From Fibrobacteria bacterium (GTDB lineage: Bacteria; Fibrobacterota; Fibrobacteria; UBA11236): a stretch of DNA of 53,296 nt. A program made the translations under genes and the position numbers. The notes beneath the pieces are model-generated. The model did no database searches and was not told where the DNA came from. It worked only from the letters and a program-made list of their open reading frames with translations. Where the stretch lies: contig JBGTHM010000129.1 of assembly GCA_041746255.1 (NCBI GenBank), positions 1-53,296 on the forward strand. The letters run 5' to 3'. Of the stretch, positions 48,637 to 53,296 are shown piece by piece (position 1 is the first letter of the stretch; every line of letters starts with the position of its first letter).

Positions 48637-50577
48637 TTGTCCGACAATGTCCTCGCCGTTCAAAACCTGCATAAGGCCTGGGGCGATAAAGTACTCTTCC
48701 GCGATTTGTCCTTCGGCCTCGAAAAAAAACAAAAGGTCGGCCTTTTAGGCCAGAACGGCAGCGGAAAGTCCACCTTGCTCAAAATTTTGGCCGGCCGCGA
48801 AAGCGATTATACCGGGTCTGTCACCCAGCGCAAGGATTTACGCACGCATTACCTGGAACAGGACGCAAAACTTGTATCATCGGGTAAAGGTCGTCCGCTG
48901 CACCAAGCGTCCGCTCCAGAATCAGGGCTACCAGAAGGTTGGCGGATCTTCGAGTACATTTTCGCCTCCTTCGGTGAGTTGGGTAAACTTCTGGGAGAAT
49001 ACCACGACCTCGTGACCTCCGAATCCGCCGAGTTTCCTGATCAAGCCATGCACCGTGGCGATTTGGAAAACCGTATCGACGATGCTCATGGGCTCCACCT
49101 TTACGGCAATGTAGTGAGCCTGGCCGGACAATTGGAAATCGACCTCGCCTGGACCTTGACTCCGGCGCTATCCGGCGGCCAATTGAAAAAAATCCAATTG
49201 ATACGTGCTCTCTCCGGCGAACCGGAATTATTGCTCATCGACGAACCCACCAACCATTTGGATGAGGACTCTATTCGCTGGCTGGAAAACCGGTTGATGC
49301 AATTTAACGGCACCCTGATATTGATTACCCATGACCGGTATTTTCTGGAACGGGTAGTCAACTTTATTTTGGAACTTTCACGTGGGCAAATTCGCGGGTT
49401 TCCGGGAAATTACGTGCGCTATCTGGAAAAAAAGGCGGAACTCGAAGCCGAGTTGGCTGGACAAGACGCCAAGCGCTTGTCTTTTCTCCGCAATGAAATC
49501 GATTGGATACGCCGCGGCCCCAAAGCGCGAGGAACCAAAGCCAAGGCTCGCATCGATCGATTCGCAGCGGCTCAGGCGCAGGAAGGCTATGCCAAGGCCA
49601 AAACGCTGGAGCTTGACTTACAGGGCGGCGCCCGTCTCGGAAAAACCATTCTCGAGGTCAAGCATTTACGCAAATCCTTCGGCGATGTGAAACTTTTCCA
49701 GGATTTGAATCTCAGTTTGCTTCCCGGGGATTGCATCGGCATATTGGGCCCGAATGGTTGCGGTAAAAGCACCTTTTTGAAAATCCTCTTGGGTCAGTTA
49801 AAATCCGACGGGGGAGAGTTGATGATTGGCCAAAATACCGTCATGGCCTATTTCGATCAAAAGCGTGAATCGCTTGATCCCCGTAAAACGGTTTGGCAAA
49901 CCTTGAACGGTGATGCCGAATACGTTGAGTTCGGCGGCGGCCGTCTTTCCAAGCGCAACTTTTTGGAAAGCTTTTTGTTTCCTCCCGCGCTACAGCAAAC
50001 CCAGGTGGCACGCCTAAGCGGAGGCGAGCAAAACCGCTTGCAATTGGCGGCTTCGCTGGTAAGCAATCCGGCCAACCTTTTGATACTCGATGAACCCACC
50101 AATGATTTGGATATAGCCACTTTGCAGGTCTTGGAAGAAGCGCTGGAAAAATTTCCGGGCTGTGCGCTCATTGTCAGCCATGATCGCTATTTCCTGGACC
50201 GCGTGGCCACGGCCATGCTGGTGTTTGGCCCCAATGGTCAAACCCGCCTGCTTCCCGGAAATTACAGCGATTATCTGGACGCGAACCCCTTTCCCAAATC
50301 CGCGGCTCCGCTTCACGCCGAGAAACAAATTATTGAACCTCGTAAGAAAGCCTCGCTTACCCAATCGGAAAAAAAAGAATTGGGGATGATTGAGAAGCTA
50401 ATTCTCTCGGCGGAAACCGCTCTACAGAAGGCGGAAGCCGCCTTGGGTGAGGCCTCTACAAAAGGCGATTTCGCGGTGATCCAGGAAACGAATGAAGCCT
50501 ACCAACTGGCGCAAAAAAAAATGGAAGAACTATTCGCACGATGGGAGTGGTTGGAAAAAAAGTCCCGCGGAGATTGA
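48637..50577 (+). CDS. uup: ABC-F family ATPase, Uup-like
   Basis: Two ABC domains (GQNGSGKS, LSGGQ, DEPTNHLD; GPNGCGKS, LSGGE, DEPTNDLD), WIRRGPKARGTKAKARI linker, C-terminal coiled coil ending RWEWLE, no TM. TTG start after AGGAG. Confidence 0.85.
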   Translation: MSDNVLAVQNLHKAWGDKVLFRDLSFGLEKKQKVGLLGQNGSGKSTLLKILAGRESDYTGSVTQRKDLRTHYLEQDAKLVSSGKGRPLHQASAPESGLPEGWRIFEYIFASFGELGKLLGEYHDLVTSESAEFPDQAMHRGDLENRIDDAHGLHLYGNVVSLAGQLEIDLAWTLTPALSGGQLKKIQLIRALSGEPELLLIDEPTNHLDEDSIRWLENRLMQFNGTLILITHDRYFLERVVNFILELSRGQIRGFPGNYVRYLEKKAELEAELAGQDAKRLSFLRNEIDWIRRGPKARGTKAKARIDRFAAAQAQEGYAKAKTLELDLQGGARLGKTILEVKHLRKSFGDVKLFQDLNLSLLPGDCIGILGPNGCGKSTFLKILLGQLKSDGGELMIGQNTVMAYFDQKRESLDPRKTVWQTLNGDAEYVEFGGGRLSKRNFLESFLFPPALQQTQVARLSGGEQNRLQLAASLVSNPANLLILDEPTNDLDIATLQVLEEALEKFPGCALIVSHDRYFLDRVATAMLVFGPNGQTRLLPGNYSDYLDANPFPKSAAPLHAEKQIIEPRKKASLTQSEKKELGMIEKLILSAETALQKAEAALGEASTKGDFAVIQETNEAYQLAQKKMEELFARWEWLEKKSRGD

Positions 50578-50661
50578 GCAAGTAAGCAATTGTGTAGCTC
50601 AAAGTAGCCAGCGCGGTTATCGCCGCCCTGGCCAAGCGTAAGGCCGGCGCTTTCATCAAAG

Positions 50662-51183
50662 CTATTTGACGGTCATGACGCCTTGCATGATTGCATAGTG
50701 TCCCGGAAAAGTACACAAATAGACATAATTTCCCGGTTGGGTCGGAGCGGTAAAAGTGATGGTATCGCTTTCGCCGGGTCCAAGCAATTTCGTATGGGCG
50801 ATGATTTGGTCTCCGGCATCTTGGGGGATATAGTCGGTATCGACGGCAACCATGGCTTTCTGTGCGAATTCATCGACATTGGTTCCGGCCTGAAGTATAA
50901 CCACGTTATGACCCATGGCCACCTTAGGAAGATTACCGATGTTTGCGAAGGTGAGAGTGACTTCCTGACCGGCCTGAACGGAAAAAGCGGTCAGGTCGAA
51001 TCGCATCTGGTCGTTCCCTGTAATGCGTACGGAGTTTTCGGCGGCATCGGATTGGGTTGCTGTATCGGTAGCAGGTTGCGGCGTTTCTTTCTCACTCGAT
51101 CCGCATCCTATGAGAATTCCAGAGGAGACCAGTATCGCTGCAGTGAAGGTGGAAGTTTTGAAAATAACATTCCATTTTTTCAT
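50662..51183 (-). CDS. azu: Lipid-anchored azurin (blue copper protein)
   Basis: Lipobox LIGC; GNDQMRFD, MGHNVV and CTFPGHYAIM supply the His/Cys/His/Met type-1 copper ligands. Confidence 0.9.
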   Translation of the reverse strand: MKKWNVIFKTSTFTAAILVSSGILIGCGSSEKETPQPATDTATQSDAAENSVRITGNDQMRFDLTAFSVQAGQEVTLTFANIGNLPKVAMGHNVVILQAGTNVDEFAQKAMVAVDTDYIPQDAGDQIIAHTKLLGPGESDTITFTAPTQPGNYVYLCTFPGHYAIMQGVMTVK

Positions 51184-51437
51184 TCGAAATTCCTTGGATT
51201 GAGGGTTGACGGTGACAAACTATTCCTTTAATGCTCTTAAGCCCTATTTGGAAATGCGACCAGATGAAAGAATAAAAATAAAATTCCATTTCAGTCGGAA
51301 GCACCTCTATTTAACCGTTAATTTGCCTGGACAAATAGTCACAGAATTCATTTCACCGGTTTTCAACTTAATCTGGCGACGGACAATGCCAAAACATATT
51401 TTCGACAAAGAGCTGAATTCTATTCAAGGAGGAGTTT

Positions 51438-52148
51438 ATGGACTTGGTTAAATATTCGAAATGGAGTCTAGGAGCCGGATTGATGGTCGTATTGACGGCT
51501 TGTGCGCAGCAGCCTGATCGCCAAGCGGCCGGAGGTAGGGACAACCAGGATAGGGCAGAGGGGCTCGCTCAAGAAGATGTGCAAAGTTATGCCGGGCAAA
51601 TCCAGTCTTTAAATGTAGAGGAATTTGGTCAGGTATCGGGGCAAGCCAATATTCAGGTTCGTGAAGATAGCATACAAATCAACGTGGATGTGCAAGAACT
51701 GCCATCCGGAGTGGCAAATCTGCAAATACTGCTGGGCTTTCCGCAGGATCAAGTAGGTTATTGTCCCCCCACCGCAGGAAACGGTTTAGGGAACGGCAAT
51801 GCAAATGAGAGAGCTAGCGCTCCAGGAGGAATTCAAACACCTTCCGGAATGCCCATGATTTTGTTACAGGAAGATCCGACCGCATTGCCGCAGGGTACGG
51901 AAGGCGGCTATACGTTCCAGCAATCCCTTTCCCGAAGCGATTTGGAAAACGCTGCGCGACAACAGTTCGGAATGGAAACGGTGAGTTTCGAGAACATGGT
52001 GCTCTATGTCCAGGGTATTCCCGAAGGCGAACGCGTGCCGGGAATGCAACCACCCGGAACCCAGCCCGGTGATCAAGGCCGCGCAACGGTTCCCATTGCT
52101 TGCGCCGAGTTTGAAATGTTTGCAAACGGTGCGGCGAACGGCTACTAG
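51438..52148 (+). CDS. Lipoprotein of unknown function, possibly Cu/Zn-SOD/CHRD-like fold
   Basis: AGGAG RBS, lipobox LTAC; SGQA, GFP....CP, VQGIP and VPIAC motifs. Confidence 0.65.
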   Translation: MDLVKYSKWSLGAGLMVVLTACAQQPDRQAAGGRDNQDRAEGLAQEDVQSYAGQIQSLNVEEFGQVSGQANIQVREDSIQINVDVQELPSGVANLQILLGFPQDQVGYCPPTAGNGLGNGNANERASAPGGIQTPSGMPMILLQEDPTALPQGTEGGYTFQQSLSRSDLENAARQQFGMETVSFENMVLYVQGIPEGERVPGMQPPGTQPGDQGRATVPIACAEFEMFANGAANGY

Positions 52149-52296
52149 GTATCACTTATTTGTGATGAATATCTCTTCTGGAATCAGGGGAGATATTTTT
52201 TGCGTAGTATGCAAACGATGGGTGCAATTTTTCACATTTTCCATGTCAAAACGAAGATGCAGTTTTCCTTTTCGGGATGCCCATTACGAAGATACC

Positions 52297-53097
52297 TCAG
52301 AATAAAGGCCGACCCATAAGCGCATGCACCAGCATGCCGTTGAAAACCGCAAAATAAAATGCCGCGAATAAAAAAACCGGACGACTCGAAGCGGGATTGC
52401 CGAACTTTTGTGAAATCGCCCCAAATAAAGGTAGCGCTTGCAAGGCATGCAAGCCGAAAAAATGTGCGATTCGCAAGTCTCCGGCCTCGGCATTCCAGTG
52501 GATAAGGGGTACGCCCGGTCCTCCATCATCCATTCCCACGGAATGTTTCGCCAGGGAAAGCATGATGCCTCCCTCAGCGCTTCCTATCAGAAAAAGGAGT
52601 AAGCCGAAACGAATTCCCCACAGCAATGGGGGGGACTGGAGGATGGACATATCTATATTCCCGCTGCGAAAAAACAGCGTTAAAATCCACAAACAAGCCA
52701 AGGTATTGGCGATGATGGCCAATCCCATCAAGGAAAAAATCGCCCCGTCAAAAGCGGTCGCTTCATTGAAATGCGAAGGCACGCCGCGAGCCGCCTGCAA
52801 AGCGATGGCCGCCATTTCCACCAGGAGGGAGCCTCCGATTACGACCGGGAAAATTTTTTTCCACTGTTTACTAACCCGCAAGCCGCGTAAAATCCAAGCC
52901 ATGGTCAACAAAAAAACGCCGATGGACAGGGCAAATTTGGTCGGTTTCAGCCAGACGTTCACTCCTAGAACAATTCTTTCATCCCAAAGTCCCACCGCCG
53001 TAAACCCAATGGCTAGAACCAGGTGAAAAACCCCCAATCGGGACAGGAGTGGCTGAGCTTCGAACAGGTCTTTTAGGAAATGGGTGATTGAAGGCAT
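52297..53097 (-). CDS. Conserved integral membrane protein of unknown function
   Basis: About 7 TM segments; WLKPTKF, QAARGVPSHFN, HSVG..DGGPG and GDLRIAHFFGLHALQ. Confidence 0.8.
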   Translation of the reverse strand: MPSITHFLKDLFEAQPLLSRLGVFHLVLAIGFTAVGLWDERIVLGVNVWLKPTKFALSIGVFLLTMAWILRGLRVSKQWKKIFPVVIGGSLLVEMAAIALQAARGVPSHFNEATAFDGAIFSLMGLAIIANTLACLWILTLFFRSGNIDMSILQSPPLLWGIRFGLLLFLIGSAEGGIMLSLAKHSVGMDDGGPGVPLIHWNAEAGDLRIAHFFGLHALQALPLFGAISQKFGNPASSRPVFLFAAFYFAVFNGMLVHALMGRPLF

Positions 53098-53158
53098 AGG
53101 ATACTCTTCTCCAAAGAATTCGACTTAAAAACCGCTCTTATGTTGACGGTGAAAACAT

Positions 53159-53296
53159 TGCAAAATCCGGTTCATGGTGACCGGCTAATCCGATTCAAAG
53201 TGACCGGCCGATCCGGTTCAAGATGACCGGTTCGGACGATTGACCCGAGGGTGAAAATCCGGTTCAAAGTGACCGGTTTTCGTCCTTCTCAATCCA
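53159..53296. mobile_element. End of an IS21-family-like insertion sequence (multiple terminal repeats), truncated by window edge
   Basis: Starts 5'-TG, then 20-bp units ATCCG(G/A)TTCA....TGACCGG at 53165, 53188, 53211 and 53257 on a 23-bp lattice. No transposase in the window. Confidence 0.7.

Noticed and set aside
51205..53152. GTTGACGGTGA repeated upstream of azurin and of the last membrane-protein gene, as an FNR box or shared promoter
   Set aside because: It does not match TTGAT-N4-ATCAA, has only two copies at different distances from the starts, and shows no shared -35 element.
53165..53276. Short direct repeats as a CRISPR array
   Set aside because: Units are separated by only 3 nt, are degenerate, and no cas genes are present. 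An IS end fits better.

Overview
Chromosomal window of a Gram-negative bacterium. Fibrobacterota is my inferred lineage, from the C-terminal sorting-type domains and a paralogous outer-membrane protein family. Left to right: (1) three related large secreted glycan-enzyme-like genes, one a Tat-exported gene cut by the window edge and missing from the ORF track, two a colinear tandem duplication, followed by a secreted sugar dehydrogenase; (2) an orphan flgB with a sigma54 promoter and paired enhancer-like palindromes, divergent from clpB; (3) a TIM-barrel sugar isomerase plus Gfo/Idh/MocA pair, a pterin dehydratase, and carboxynorspermidine dehydrogenase and decarboxylase separated by an inverted ferritin-like gene; (4) GH31, an FHA-GAF adenylate cyclase, a hybrid PAS kinase and recCBD; (5) an accessory patch with a DUF4062-HATPase-HTH gene, a type III restriction remnant and a translationally coupled three-gene operon (LCM-type methyltransferase, membrane desaturase/hydroxylase fused to a GH3 acyl-amido synthetase, atypical enolase-superfamily enzyme), which is the best candidate for an undescribed biosynthetic system; (6) small proteins, a secreted ThuA-like protein, two paralogous outer-membrane proteins, an ABC-F ATPase, azurin and a lipoprotein; (7) an IS21-like element end at the right edge. 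All family calls come from motif recognition by eye; no searches were run.
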